Shown piece by piece: positions 38,440 through 48,578 of a stretch of 64,000 nucleotides of DNA. Position numbers and translations under genes: made by a program. The DNA lies in NCBI GenBank assembly GCA_036759345.1, contig DAIOUV010000012.1, positions 7,310 to 71,309 on the forward strand, in the 5' to 3' direction. Numbering within the stretch: the first letter of the stretch is position 1; every line of letters begins with the position of its first letter. Under the pieces are notes generated by a model, which had not been told where the DNA came from, did not search any database, and saw nothing but the letters and a program-made list of their open reading frames with translations. Source of the DNA: Acidobacteriota bacterium. Its GTDB lineage: Bacteria > Acidobacteriota > Thermoanaerobaculia > UBA5066.

Positions 38440-39644
38440 AGAAACTTCGACTCCCGCGCCACGATCTTCCCTCCGGAAAGTATGATACGTGGCACTCGCG
38501 GGCCGACACCGCAAAGGATCTCCCACGAGACCGTGCCGGCCGCGGCCGCGACCTCGTCGACGCCCAGCCGCGCGCTACCCTGCCGGCCGAAGAAGACCGC
38601 CTCGTCGCCGCGTCGGGGCGGGGACGGCAGGTCGGTGACGTCCACGGTCGTGAGGTCCATCGAGACGCGCCCCGCGAGCGGGCAGCGCTTCCCCGCGATC
38701 AGCACCGCACCATGCCCGGACAGCGACCGTGGCACGCCGTCGGCGTATCCGGCCGGCACGATCGCGAGGGTCGTCGCCCGCGTGGAGACGAACGTACCGC
38801 CGTAGCCCACCCGCGCCCCTGCGGGGACGGTCTTCACCTGGTCGACGACGGAGACAAAGGACATCACGTCGCGAAAAGAATCATTTGCTTCGGAGGAGAG
38901 ACCGGGGACCCGCGCGTAAAGGGCCAGGCCGGGGCGGACATGGGAGATTTCGAACAGAGAAGATTTCTTAGAAGGGGAAGAAGGGAAATTCTTGAGACCC
39001 GCCAGCATCGCCGCGCTGTTGTCGGTGTGGATCATGGTCGGGCGGTGGCCGCGGGAAAGAACCAGGGAGAGGATTTCTTCGAAGGCGTAGGTCTGCGCCT
39101 CGGTCTGGGGGTCGTCCGGGCGGTCACTCGACGCGAAGTTCTGAAATACACCTTCTAAGACAATCTTCTCCCCCGCTTCGTCGAGCAGGTCGAGGACTCG
39201 CGGAACGTCACCCGGCAGGACTCCGAGCCTCGTCATCCCGGTGTCGAGCTTGAGGTGAACGGGAAGAGGTGAATTTCCCTTTCCCTCTTCCGTTTCTAGG
39301 AAATTCTTCAATTCCTCAGCCTGTTCCGCCGAGTGGATATTAGCCGTAAGCCCTCCCTGCATGAGGGAGCCAAGCTGATCCCTTCCTATCCAGCCCATCA
39401 CGAGGATCGGATGCAAGATTCCCGCCCGTCTGAGCTCGAGGCCTTCTTCCACGACGGCGACCGCGAACACACGCGCGCCCTCGGCCGCGAGGCGCTTCGC
39501 CACGTGCGCGGCGCCGTGGCCATACGCGTCGGCCTTGACGACGGGCATCGGGACGCAGCCCGCCGGCAGCGCGCGCGCGATCGCCCGGTAGTTCGACGCG
39601 AGCGCGTCGAGGTCGACGACGGCGTGCGTGGGACGGAGGGGCAA
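38436..39644 (-). CDS. alr: alanine racemase
   Basis: PLP site VVKADAYGHG and C-terminal alanine-racemase domain. Homology N-terminus (LRPTHAVVDLDAL) is at the dnaB junction. TTG at 39644 or CTG at 39650 (CTGA overlap with dnaB stop). Confidence 0.85.
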   Translation of the reverse strand: MPLRPTHAVVDLDALASNYRAIARALPAGCVPMPVVKADAYGHGAAHVAKRLAAEGARVFAVAVVEEGLELRRAGILHPILVMGWIGRDQLGSLMQGGLTANIHSAEQAEELKNFLETEEGKGNSPLPVHLKLDTGMTRLGVLPGDVPRVLDLLDEAGEKIVLEGVFQNFASSDRPDDPQTEAQTYAFEEILSLVLSRGHRPTMIHTDNSAAMLAGLKNFPSSPSKKSSLFEISHVRPGLALYARVPGLSSEANDSFRDVMSFVSVVDQVKTVPAGARVGYGGTFVSTRATTLAIVPAGYADGVPRSLSGHGAVLIAGKRCPLAGRVSMDLTTVDVTDLPSPPRRGDEAVFFGRQGSARLGVDEVAAAAGTVSWEILCGVGPRVPRIILSGGKIVARESKFL

Positions 39645-39646
39645 GG

Positions 39647-41002
39647 TCAGAGTCCCGGACCCTCGGAGATCATCGCGAGGTCCGAGAACCGCGTGTACTC
39701 CCCAGACCAGCCGAGCGTGAAGCGGTCGGTCGGACCGTTGCGCTGCTTGGCGATGACCACGTCGCACACGTTCTTCTGCTCGGTGTCCTTGTCGTAGTAC
39801 TCGGGCCGGGACAGGAAGAGAACGACGTCGGCGTCCTGCTCGATGGCCCCCGACTCACGCAGGTCCGACAGCACGGGCTCCTTTTCGGAACCCCGCTGCT
39901 CGGTGCGCCGCGAGAGCTGCGAGAGGGCGATGACCGGCACGGCGAGCTCCTTCGCGAGCGCCTTCAGGCCGCGCGAGAAGGCGCTGACCTCCTGCGTGCG
40001 GTTCTCGACCTTGCCGCGCGATCCCATGATCTGGAGATAGTCGACGAAGAGCGCGTCGAGAGAGTGCCGCTGCTTGAGCTGAAGCGCCCGGGCGCGCATC
40101 TCGAGGAGAGTGACGGCCGGCGTGTCGTCGACGAACAGCTGTGCCTCGCGCATCTGCTGCGTCGAGAAGAAGAGCGCCTTCTTCTCTTCCTTCGACAGCC
40201 GGCCCTCGCGCAGGCGCTGGAGGTTCACCCGCGCCTCGGCGCACTGGATGCGGAAGCCGAGCTGCTCGGCCGACATTTCGAGCGAGAAGAAGCCGACGAC
40301 GTGCTTCTGATGAATCGTCAGATACGAGGCGATGTTGAGCGCGAACGCGGTCTTCCCCATGCCCGGGCGGGCGGCGACGACGATGAGGTCGGTCTTCTGG
40401 AAACCCTGGGTAAGCGCGTTGAGGCGCGTGAATCCCGTCGGCAGGCCCGTGAGCATGGTGCCGCGCCCGTGGATGTTCTGGATCTCGACTTCGTTCTTCT
40501 CGGCGATCGTCGAGAGCTTCACGAAGCCGCCCCGGATCGAGCCCTTCGCGATCTCCACGAGATCGCGCTGCGCGTTCTCGAGGACCGTCTCGGCGTCGGG
40601 GGCCAAGACCGCATCGCGGATCGCGCGCCGCGACTGGAAGATGACGAGGCGCCGGAGCGAGGCCTCGCGCACGAGACGCGCGTAGCTTTCGACGTTCTCG
40701 ACGTCGGGCACCCGGTCGACCAGCGCCGAGAGGACCGCCGGGCCGCCCGCGCGCTCGAGCCGACCCGTCTTCTCGAGCTCGCTCTGCACCATCACGAGGT
40801 CCACGCCCTCGCGCCGGTCCGCGAGCGCGAGGCACGCCTCGTAGACGAGCCGGTGCGCGTCGCTCGCGAAGTCCTCCGGCACGAGGAACTCCATGACGCG
40901 CGACAGGAGCGAGCCGTCGATGAGGATCGCGCCCAAAAGGCTCCGCTCGGCGTCGGGACGCGCGGGAAGGACTTCGGAGCCGGCGGGAGCGACGGCGGAC
41001 AT
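39647..41002 (-). CDS. dnaB: replicative DNA helicase DnaB
   Basis: N-terminal DnaB domain (ERSLLGAILID). Walker A ARPGMGKTAFALN. Walker B and arginine finger (ALSQLSR). Confidence 0.93.
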   Translation of the reverse strand: MSAVAPAGSEVLPARPDAERSLLGAILIDGSLLSRVMEFLVPEDFASDAHRLVYEACLALADRREGVDLVMVQSELEKTGRLERAGGPAVLSALVDRVPDVENVESYARLVREASLRRLVIFQSRRAIRDAVLAPDAETVLENAQRDLVEIAKGSIRGGFVKLSTIAEKNEVEIQNIHGRGTMLTGLPTGFTRLNALTQGFQKTDLIVVAARPGMGKTAFALNIASYLTIHQKHVVGFFSLEMSAEQLGFRIQCAEARVNLQRLREGRLSKEEKKALFFSTQQMREAQLFVDDTPAVTLLEMRARALQLKQRHSLDALFVDYLQIMGSRGKVENRTQEVSAFSRGLKALAKELAVPVIALSQLSRRTEQRGSEKEPVLSDLRESGAIEQDADVVLFLSRPEYYDKDTEQKNVCDVVIAKQRNGPTDRFTLGWSGEYTRFSDLAMISEGPGL

Positions 41003-41051
41003 CGGGGTCGGGAAGAATATCGCGGCCGGGCGGCCAGGTGGGAAACCCCGC

Positions 41052-41927
41052 CTACCGCGGGCGGAGATCGAGGGACGGACGGCCCGCCTCGGCGCGACGC
41101 TTCGTCGCGGCGGCGACCATCCAGTCCCAGTTCTCCTCGTCGAGCTTGCAGGCTCCGATGCGCTTGCGGCCCTCCGGCGGGCCGTGGTAGTCCGATCCGG
41201 CCGACTTGAGAAGGCCCGCGCGCTCGGCGAGGACTCCGAACGCGTTCTCCTTCTGTCCGTCCTGGTCGGCGTGGATCACCTCGAGGCCGTCGAGGCCGGC
41301 GGCGACGCCGAGGGAGACGACCTTCTCGGGATCGCGGTACCAGATCGGATGCGCGACGACCGACAGCCCGCCCGCCTTGCGAATGGCCGCGATCGCCTCC
41401 TCGAGGCTCCACTTCGGCTTCGGCACGTAGGCGGGCTTGCCGCGCGTGAGAAATCGGTCGAACGCCTCGTCGAGCGTCTTGACGTATCCCTTCGCGACCA
41501 TCGCACGCGCGATGTGCGGGCGGCCGAAGGCGCCCTCGCCGACGACGACGCGGATCTCCTCGATGTCGAGCGGCAGGCCGAGGGCGAGGAGCTTTTCGAC
41601 CATCGCGTTCCCGCGCGTGTCGCGGTCCTCGCGAAACAGGGCGAGCCGCGCGCGAAGCTCCGGCTCGTCGGGATCGAGGAAGAGGCCGAGGACGTGGACG
41701 TCGTCCCCGTCGCAGCGCGTTGAAAGCTCGCTCGCGGTCACGGTCACGAGGCCGGTGCCTTTCGCCGCGGCCTCGAATTCGGGCAGGCCGTGGATGGCAT
41801 CGTGATCGGACAGCGCGAGCACCGAAAGACCGGCGTCGACACCCCTCTGCACGAGCTGCGCGGGCGACTCGAGGCCGTCCGAGAACGTCGAGTGGCAATG
41901 CAGATCGGCGCCCCGAAAAGCGGTCAC
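41052..41927 (-). CDS. PHP-domain metal-dependent phosphoesterase (TrpH/YciV-like)
   Basis: DLHCHSTFSDG...LSDHD PHP motifs. Confidence 0.8.
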   Translation of the reverse strand: MTAFRGADLHCHSTFSDGLESPAQLVQRGVDAGLSVLALSDHDAIHGLPEFEAAAKGTGLVTVTASELSTRCDGDDVHVLGLFLDPDEPELRARLALFREDRDTRGNAMVEKLLALGLPLDIEEIRVVVGEGAFGRPHIARAMVAKGYVKTLDEAFDRFLTRGKPAYVPKPKWSLEEAIAAIRKAGGLSVVAHPIWYRDPEKVVSLGVAAGLDGLEVIHADQDGQKENAFGVLAERAGLLKSAGSDYHGPPEGRKRIGACKLDEENWDWMVAAATKRRAEAGRPSLDLRPR

Positions 41928-41977
41928 GACCGCATGGTAGCAGCGGGGCGGGCCGCGCCATCGGGTACCCTTCCGGC

Positions 41978-43708
41978 GTGAGACGCCCGACTTCCCCTGC
42001 CGCCCGGGCGGCCGCGAGTGTCGCGATCGGCGTTTTCCTGGTGCAGGGGTCGGGCTGCTCGATACACGCCCGCGTGCGGACGGCCGCCGAGAAAGTCTCC
42101 GCGGATTCGGGGCCCTCCGTCTGCCTCCTCCTCTTCGACGGACTGTCGGGCGAGGCCTTCGAGAGGCTCGTCGAGGCGGGTGCCCTCCCGAACCTCAAGG
42201 CCCGCATCGTGGATCGGGGGCTGAGCGTGAAGACCGCCGTCGCCTCGGTCCCGAGCGACACCTATCCGAACCTCGCCTCCCTCGAGACGGGCCTCCTGCC
42301 GGGCCATCACGGGATCCCCGCGAACATCTGGCTCGACCGGCGACTGCAGGTCCGCGAAGCGCACACGAACATCCTCGGGATCTTCTCGTCTACCGACTAC
42401 CTCGTGCCCGAGGCGCGGACGCTCTTCGAGCGGCTCCCCGGCGATACCGTCGCCGTGACGACCCCGCTCGCACGGGGCGTCTCCGTGTACGCGCGCAACC
42501 GGATCGCGGTCGTCGCCTCGTACGCGCGCAACGAATGGTCTTTCCTGGACCGCAAGACGCTCGACGACATCGGCGACGCCTATGCCGGCGCGGCGGCCGC
42601 GGGACGCGTGCCGCCGCTCGTCTTTGCGCACTTCGTCGGCACTGACGAAGTCGCGCACGTGAGCGGGCTCGAAAGCCGAGAGTTCCAGGACACGATGTCC
42701 GCGATCGACGAGGCGTTCGGACGCCTCCTGCGTCGTCTCAGGCGCCGGCATCTCGACGAACGGATCCTCTTCGTCCTCGTCGGCGACCACGGCAATAGCT
42801 CGTACGGCACGACCGTCGACGCGAACGAGCTCGTGAACCGTGCCCTCCGCGCGAACCCCACCGAGGCGGACTGCAGCAAGGGCGACTGCGTCCTCGTCCC
42901 GGCGCGGCGGAAGGACAAGGCCTACGACGTCGGGGACGCCATGATCGCCGTCGGGGCCTACCGCGGCGTCATGATCTGGCTCCCAGCGAACCGGCCGCCC
43001 GAAGACGTCCCGAGCGCGTTCCGCGCGCCGCGCCGGAAGCGGAAGCCGCGCGCCCCGTCCGGCGCGCCCCTGAAGATCCCAGACGCTTCGCTCTTCGCCG
43101 CAACGCTCGCCCGCGCGCCGGAGGTCCGCCTCGTCGCGACGCGGGGTCCCTCCTCCGGCACGGTGGCCCTCTACGGCCCGTCCGGCCGGGCCGAGATCGT
43201 GCGAGACGACCGCGACGGCCTTGAATCGCTCTACCTGTACCGCGTCCTCGAAGGAGACGACCCGCTCGGCTACGCCCATTCCGCCGCCGCGCCCCTCGTC
43301 GGTTTCGCCCACGATCCGGACGAATGGCTCGAGGCGACGGCCGAGACGGAATTCCCCGACCTCGTCGTGCAGCTCCCGGAGTTCTTCGACTCCCCGAGGT
43401 CGCCAGACGTGTTCATCTCGCCCCAGGACGGCTACGGGTTCACGAGGGGATACACCGCCGGCCACGGCTCGCTTTCGCGGAGCGAGACCGTCGTTCCACT
43501 CCTTTTCGCGGGTCCCGGCGTGACGCCGGGCATCCTCCACGCGGCGCGGACCGTGGACCTCGCTCCCACCCTCCTGTCGTATCTCGGCGTGGACTATGAC
43601 CCGGACGAAATGGACGGCGAGGACCTCGAGATCGCGCCTAGGGGCGTCCCGAAACCGCCGGCGATCCCGCCCGCGCCCGCCGACGACGACGCGCCTGGCA
43701 GCGACTGA
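41978..43708 (+). CDS. alkaline-phosphatase-superfamily nucleotide pyrophosphatase/phosphodiesterase-like lipoprotein
   Basis: GTG at 41978 gives a signal peptide with lipobox (VFLVQGSGC). Type I phosphodiesterase/NPP motifs (LLLFDGLS, PSDTYPNLASLETG, HFVGTDEVAHV, GDHG). Confidence 0.7.
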   Translation: MRRPTSPAARAAASVAIGVFLVQGSGCSIHARVRTAAEKVSADSGPSVCLLLFDGLSGEAFERLVEAGALPNLKARIVDRGLSVKTAVASVPSDTYPNLASLETGLLPGHHGIPANIWLDRRLQVREAHTNILGIFSSTDYLVPEARTLFERLPGDTVAVTTPLARGVSVYARNRIAVVASYARNEWSFLDRKTLDDIGDAYAGAAAAGRVPPLVFAHFVGTDEVAHVSGLESREFQDTMSAIDEAFGRLLRRLRRRHLDERILFVLVGDHGNSSYGTTVDANELVNRALRANPTEADCSKGDCVLVPARRKDKAYDVGDAMIAVGAYRGVMIWLPANRPPEDVPSAFRAPRRKRKPRAPSGAPLKIPDASLFAATLARAPEVRLVATRGPSSGTVALYGPSGRAEIVRDDRDGLESLYLYRVLEGDDPLGYAHSAAAPLVGFAHDPDEWLEATAETEFPDLVVQLPEFFDSPRSPDVFISPQDGYGFTRGYTAGHGSLSRSETVVPLLFAGPGVTPGILHAARTVDLAPTLLSYLGVDYDPDEMDGEDLEIAPRGVPKPPAIPPAPADDDAPGSD

Positions 43709-43715
43709 CCGGCGT

Positions 43716-45167
43716 TCAACGCGGCAGGCGCCTCACTCGCACGGTGTTCGTCGCGCCTTCCGCGTGCGCGGTTCCCGAGATTTCGACGACGACCGCGCCG
43801 GCGAGCCCCGGCAGCCGGGACAGGACGGCGTCTCCGGCGCGAATCAGCGCCTCGACGCTCCGCGTCTCAGAGACGCGGAAAGACGTGACGTCGCGGAGCA
43901 GGGTCAGCTTCTGCCGCACCCGCTCCCGCGAGGTGAACGCAAGCACCGGAATCGAAAGGGGGTTCTTCGACACGAGGCGCGCCGTCCGCCCCGATTCCGT
44001 GTAGACGACCATGGCCGCGGCGTGCGCTTCGCGCGCCATCCCGGCCGCCGTATGCGCCACGACCGCGGCGAAATCGCCGGCCGGAGGACGCGACACGTCC
44101 TCGCGCACGAAGCCCGCTTCCGGCACCTCGGCCTCGCGCGCGATCTCGGCCATCGCCTTGACGGCCTCGACGGGCCACGCGCCCACGGCCGTCTCGCCCG
44201 ACAGCATCACGGCGTCCGCTCCGTCGTGGACGGCGCCAGCCACGTCCGACACTTCCGCGCGCGTCGGCGTCGGATTCTCGATCATCGATTCGAGCATCTG
44301 GGTCGCGACGATCACGGGCACGCCGTGCCGGCGGCCCGCCGCGAGAATCTCGCGCTGGGCGCGCGGCACGTTCGCGAGGCCGATCTCCACGCCGAGGTCT
44401 CCCCGGGCGACCATGAGGACATCGGAAACCGCGGCGAGCTCGTCGAGAACGGCGAGGGCCTCCTTCCGCTCGATCTTGGACACGATCCAGGGGCGGTGCT
44501 CGGGTGCGACGCGGGCGAGGAGCCGGCGAAGGTGCGCGACGTGCGCCGGACTCCGCACGAACGAGAGTCCGACGAAATCCACCCCGGCCTCGAGGCCCTC
44601 GGCGAGATCCCGCCGGTCTTTCGCCGTGAGCGCGGGCGCGGACAGGACGGAGTTCGGGAAGTTCACCCCGGCCCCGCTCCTCACGCGGCCCCCCATCTCG
44701 ACCGTCGCAAAGAGGGCGCGCCGGACGCGCTTTTGCACGCGCAGCCTGATCCGCCCGTCGTCGAGGCGGATCTCGGCGCCCGGCTCGATGTCCTTCAGGA
44801 GCGCCGGATAGGTCACCGCGAGGCGCGCCGCGCCGCCCGGCGCCTTCGGTGAGAGAGCGCCGGGGAAAAGCTCCACTGTCTGGCCGTTCACGAGAGACAG
44901 AGGCGCGCCGGGAAGCGCGCCGACGCGGATTTTCGGACCGCCGAGATCGAGAAGAACGCCCGTCGGCAAGCGGCGGGATCGCGACACGCGACGCACGAGG
45001 GCCACGCGGCGGGAAATTTCTCCGGCCGCGCAGTGCGCCCCATTCAGGCGGACGACGTCGACACCCGCCTCGAGGAGCGCCGCGAGCGCTCCCGGGCTCT
45101 CCGCGTTCCGGGCGATCGTGGCGACGATGCGCGTCGCCCGCGCCTTCCGCTCGTCTTCGTGGGCCAT
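43716..45167 (-). CDS. pyk: pyruvate kinase
   Basis: RIVATI...; K+/substrate motifs; MVARGDLGVEI signature. 483 aa. Confidence 0.92.
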   Translation of the reverse strand: MAHEDERKARATRIVATIARNAESPGALAALLEAGVDVVRLNGAHCAAGEISRRVALVRRVSRSRRLPTGVLLDLGGPKIRVGALPGAPLSLVNGQTVELFPGALSPKAPGGAARLAVTYPALLKDIEPGAEIRLDDGRIRLRVQKRVRRALFATVEMGGRVRSGAGVNFPNSVLSAPALTAKDRRDLAEGLEAGVDFVGLSFVRSPAHVAHLRRLLARVAPEHRPWIVSKIERKEALAVLDELAAVSDVLMVARGDLGVEIGLANVPRAQREILAAGRRHGVPVIVATQMLESMIENPTPTRAEVSDVAGAVHDGADAVMLSGETAVGAWPVEAVKAMAEIAREAEVPEAGFVREDVSRPPAGDFAAVVAHTAAGMAREAHAAAMVVYTESGRTARLVSKNPLSIPVLAFTSRERVRQKLTLLRDVTSFRVSETRSVEALIRAGDAVLSRLPGLAGAVVVEISGTAHAEGATNTVRVRRLPR

Positions 45168-45199
45168 CCGTCCTCCCCTGCCTTTCGTATGATGCCCGC

Positions 45200-45823
45200 A
45201 TGAGCCCGCAAAACCTCACCCAGGATCTCTCGGTCACCCTCGAGAACGGCCACGCTCCGGACCCGCGCATCCCGCAGATCGCCGGCCACGTGAAGGAGAT
45301 CATCCGGATTCTCGGGCTATGTCCCGACAAGGATCCGAATCTCGTCGACACGGACATCCGGGTCGCCAAGATGTATCTCGAGATCTTCTCGGGCCTCGAC
45401 GTCGGCACGCGCCCGAAGCTCACGACGTTTCCAAACGAAGAGCACTACACGGCCATGGTCATGGAGAAGGAGATCCCCTTCTACTCCATGTGCGCGCATC
45501 ACTTCGTGCCTTTTTACGGGCACGGGACGATCGCGTATATCCCGAACGAGAAGATCGTCGGCCTCTCGAAACTGCCGCGGCTCCTCGACTTCTTCGCGCG
45601 GCGCCCGCAGCTTCAGGAGCGCCTCACGGAACAGGTCGCGGGATTTCTCGAGGAAGAGCTGAAGCCTCAGGGGGTCATGGTCGTGATCGAGGCCCGGCAC
45701 CTCTGCATAGAGATGCGCGGCGTCAAGAAGCCGGGTGCCGTGACGGTCACCTCGGCCATTCGCGGGATCTTCCTCCAGAAGGCCGTCCGGGAGGAGTTCC
45801 TCGACCTCATGCGGCGGCAATAG
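45200..45823 (+). CDS. folE: GTP cyclohydrolase I
   Basis: ATG at 45200. FolE motifs FYSMCAHHFVPFYG and VVIEARHLCIEMRG. Confidence 0.92.
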   Translation: MSPQNLTQDLSVTLENGHAPDPRIPQIAGHVKEIIRILGLCPDKDPNLVDTDIRVAKMYLEIFSGLDVGTRPKLTTFPNEEHYTAMVMEKEIPFYSMCAHHFVPFYGHGTIAYIPNEKIVGLSKLPRLLDFFARRPQLQERLTEQVAGFLEEELKPQGVMVVIEARHLCIEMRGVKKPGAVTVTSAIRGIFLQKAVREEFLDLMRRQ

Positions 45824-46574
45824 GGGCGAAACCTCCGGGCGCGGCGGCGGCGAGAGCCGCCGCGGCTTCGAGGCCTCGGAGCGTCCGCACCCCGTGCCAG
45901 CAGAAATCGTCGCCGGATACGAGGACGACGCGGGAGGCGGGAAGGCGCTCGCGCCAGAACGCGGCGTCACGCTCGCGGAAACGATATGGCTCGTCCGGCA
46001 GAATCAGGACGTCGGGGGAAGAGGCAATGATTTCGGATTCTGAGAAAGTCGGATAGTCGGATTCGGAGAATGTTTTTTCTTTGAATGAAAGAGAGCCCCC
46101 CACGCGGCGGAGCAGGTCGGCGATGTACGTCCGCGGGCCGACGCTCATCCACGGGTCTTTCCAGATGAGGTAGACGTAACGAAAGCCCATGCCCACCTCG
46201 ACGCGGGCCAGAGCCTCCTCCACCTTCAAAGAAATCTTCTCCGACTCTTCTTCCCTCCCCGTCAATCTTCCGAAATGCCGCAGCAGCGCGGGGATTTCGG
46301 CAACCGTTCTCGGGTGCGAGACGTCAACCCTGAACTCCCGTCCGAGCAGCTCGATGTCTTCTCCCCTGTTCTCTTCCGAATTGCAAAAAACAAGATCCGG
46401 CCTAAGTGCGCGAATAGCCTCGAGATCGGGGTTCTTCGTGCCGCCCACGCGCGGAATTCCGGCGAGCGCCTCCTTCGGGTGAATGCAGTAGCGCGTCACG
46501 CCGCGGAGGGCGTCCGCGAGGCCCATCGCGACGAGGCTTTCCGTGATCGACGGGCAGAGAGAGACGACGCGCAC
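45807..46574 (-). CDS. BtuF/TroA-like (class III) periplasmic-binding-fold protein, cobalamin-binding-protein-like, no obvious signal peptide
   Basis: VVSLCPSITESLVAMG...VTRYC...LRPDLVF pattern of the PF01497 fold. No adjacent permease or ATPase. Confidence 0.65.
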   Translation of the reverse strand: MRVVSLCPSITESLVAMGLADALRGVTRYCIHPKEALAGIPRVGGTKNPDLEAIRALRPDLVFCNSEENRGEDIELLGREFRVDVSHPRTVAEIPALLRHFGRLTGREEESEKISLKVEEALARVEVGMGFRYVYLIWKDPWMSVGPRTYIADLLRRVGGSLSFKEKTFSESDYPTFSESEIIASSPDVLILPDEPYRFRERDAAFWRERLPASRVVLVSGDDFCWHGVRTLRGLEAAAALAAAAPGGFAPIAAA

Positions 46575-46676
46575 GTCTCGATTGTTTCACGCGGCCGGAG
46601 ACGTTAAGATCGAGTCTCATTTGCCGCGGCCCGCAGAGGGTCACGAAGGTCCGCGGCCCCGGAAGGAAAAAGCCGT

Positions 46677-48578
46677 ATGTCGAGCGTTCTCACAGAGACG
46701 ACTTCCCGCGCCGGCGCGTCCGGCGAGGCCGTCGTCAACGACTTCTCGCTGCAGGTCGCCACGGCCAACGGGTCGGGCTCGCAGACGGCGAACAGCGTTC
46801 TCATGCGGTCGATCTTCCGCATGGGCGTCCCCGTCTCCGGCAAGAACCTGTTCCCGTCGAACATCCAGGGCCTGCCCACCTGGTTCACGATCCGCGCGAG
46901 CAAGCACGGCTATATCGCGCGCAAGCGCGACCTCGACGTGCTCGTCTGCATGAATCCCGAGACGGCCGACGACGACGTCCGCGAGGTGCGCGCCGGCGCC
47001 CACGTCGTCTGCGAGAAGAAACTCGGGCTCGAGAACCCCGGCAAGAAGCGCGACGACGTGACCTATTACGCGGTTCCGTTCTCGGAGCTCGTCGTCAAGA
47101 TCGCCTCGGCGCCCGAGCACGCCAAGCTCCGCAAGCTCATCGTGAACATGATCTACGTCGGCGTCGTCGCCGACCTCATGGGGATCGACCCCGTCGAGGT
47201 CGAGAAGGCCATCGCGAAGCAGCTGAAGGGCAAGCAGAAGGCGATCGACCTGAACATCAACGCCATGCGGCTCGGCCTCGAGTTCGCCGCGCAGAACTTC
47301 CCGGCCAAGATCCCCTTCCGCGTCGAGCGCATGAATGCGACACAGGGAAAGATCATGGTCGAGGGGAACATGGCCGCGGCGCTCGGATGCGTCTTTGGCG
47401 GCGCGACGGTGTGCGCGTGGTATCCCATCACGCCGTCGTCCTCCTTGTGCGAGTCCTTCATCGACTTCTGCGACGACCTGAGGGTGGATCCGGTCACGAA
47501 GAAGAAGAACGTCGCGATCCTCCAGGCCGAGGACGAGCTCGCCTCTATCGGCATGGTGCTCGGCGCCGGATGGGCGGGCGCCCGCTCGTTCACCTCCACG
47601 TCCGGACCCGGCATCTCGCTCATGTCCGAGTACATCGGCCTCGGTTACTACGCCGAGATCCCGGCGGTCCTGTTCGACGTCCAGCGCACCGGGCCGTCCA
47701 CCGGGCTCCCGACGCGCACGATGCAGGGAGACATCCTCCTCTGCTACTTCAACTCGCAGGGCGACACGAAGCATCCGCTCCTCTTCCCCGCCTCCCCTGA
47801 AGAGTGCTTCACGATGGCTCAGGAGGCCTTCGACCTCGCCGAGCAGCTCCAGACGCCGATCTTCGTCATGTCGGACCTCGACCTCGGCATGAACAACTGG
47901 ATGGCCGACCCGTTTCCATACCCGACTGGGCCCTTCCATCGCGGCAAAGTGCTCGACGCCGCCGGAATCGAGAAGGTGAAGGAGACATGGGGACGGTACA
48001 AGGACGTTGACGGCGACGGTATCCCCTACCGCACTCTGCCCGGAACCCCGAATCCCTACGCGGCGTTCTTCACTCGCGGTTCGGGCCACAACGACAAGGC
48101 GCAGTACTCCGAGAAACCCCAGGACTACGTCAACAACGTCAACCGCCTCGTGAAGAAGTTCGAGACGGCGCGGACGATGGTGCCGAAGCCCGAGATCCAG
48201 GACCGCCCCGGCGCGACGGCGGGGCTGCTGGCGTACGGCACGTCCCACTACGGCACGACGGAGGCCCGCGACAAGCTCGCGGCGACGTTCGGCGTGTCGC
48301 TCGACTACTGCCGGCTCCGCTCGCTGCCCCTCCACGCGGAGGCGGCCAACTGGATGCGGCGCCACGAGCGCATCTACGTCGTCGAGCAGAACCGCGACGG
48401 GCAGCTCGTCACGATCCTCCGCGACGAGCTCCCCGAGCTCGCCACGCGCTTCGTGTCGGTCCGCCAGTACAACGGTCTCCCCCTCGACGCGACCACCGTG
48501 ATCGACGGAGTCCGGGGCGACGCATCCGCGTCCCGGACCGGCGGCTCGGACGCGCAGAAGGGAGGGCTCGACGCATGA
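46677..48578 (+). CDS. korA: 2-oxoacid (2-oxoglutarate):ferredoxin oxidoreductase subunit alpha (fused gamma-alpha)
   Basis: Gamma-domain N-terminus. Pyruvate flavodoxin/ferredoxin oxidoreductase alpha core (GYYAEIPAVLFDVQRTGPSTGLPT). 633 aa. Confidence 0.88.
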   Translation: MSSVLTETTSRAGASGEAVVNDFSLQVATANGSGSQTANSVLMRSIFRMGVPVSGKNLFPSNIQGLPTWFTIRASKHGYIARKRDLDVLVCMNPETADDDVREVRAGAHVVCEKKLGLENPGKKRDDVTYYAVPFSELVVKIASAPEHAKLRKLIVNMIYVGVVADLMGIDPVEVEKAIAKQLKGKQKAIDLNINAMRLGLEFAAQNFPAKIPFRVERMNATQGKIMVEGNMAAALGCVFGGATVCAWYPITPSSSLCESFIDFCDDLRVDPVTKKKNVAILQAEDELASIGMVLGAGWAGARSFTSTSGPGISLMSEYIGLGYYAEIPAVLFDVQRTGPSTGLPTRTMQGDILLCYFNSQGDTKHPLLFPASPEECFTMAQEAFDLAEQLQTPIFVMSDLDLGMNNWMADPFPYPTGPFHRGKVLDAAGIEKVKETWGRYKDVDGDGIPYRTLPGTPNPYAAFFTRGSGHNDKAQYSEKPQDYVNNVNRLVKKFETARTMVPKPEIQDRPGATAGLLAYGTSHYGTTEARDKLAATFGVSLDYCRLRSLPLHAEAANWMRRHERIYVVEQNRDGQLVTILRDELPELATRFVSVRQYNGLPLDATTVIDGVRGDASASRTGGSDAQKGGLDA

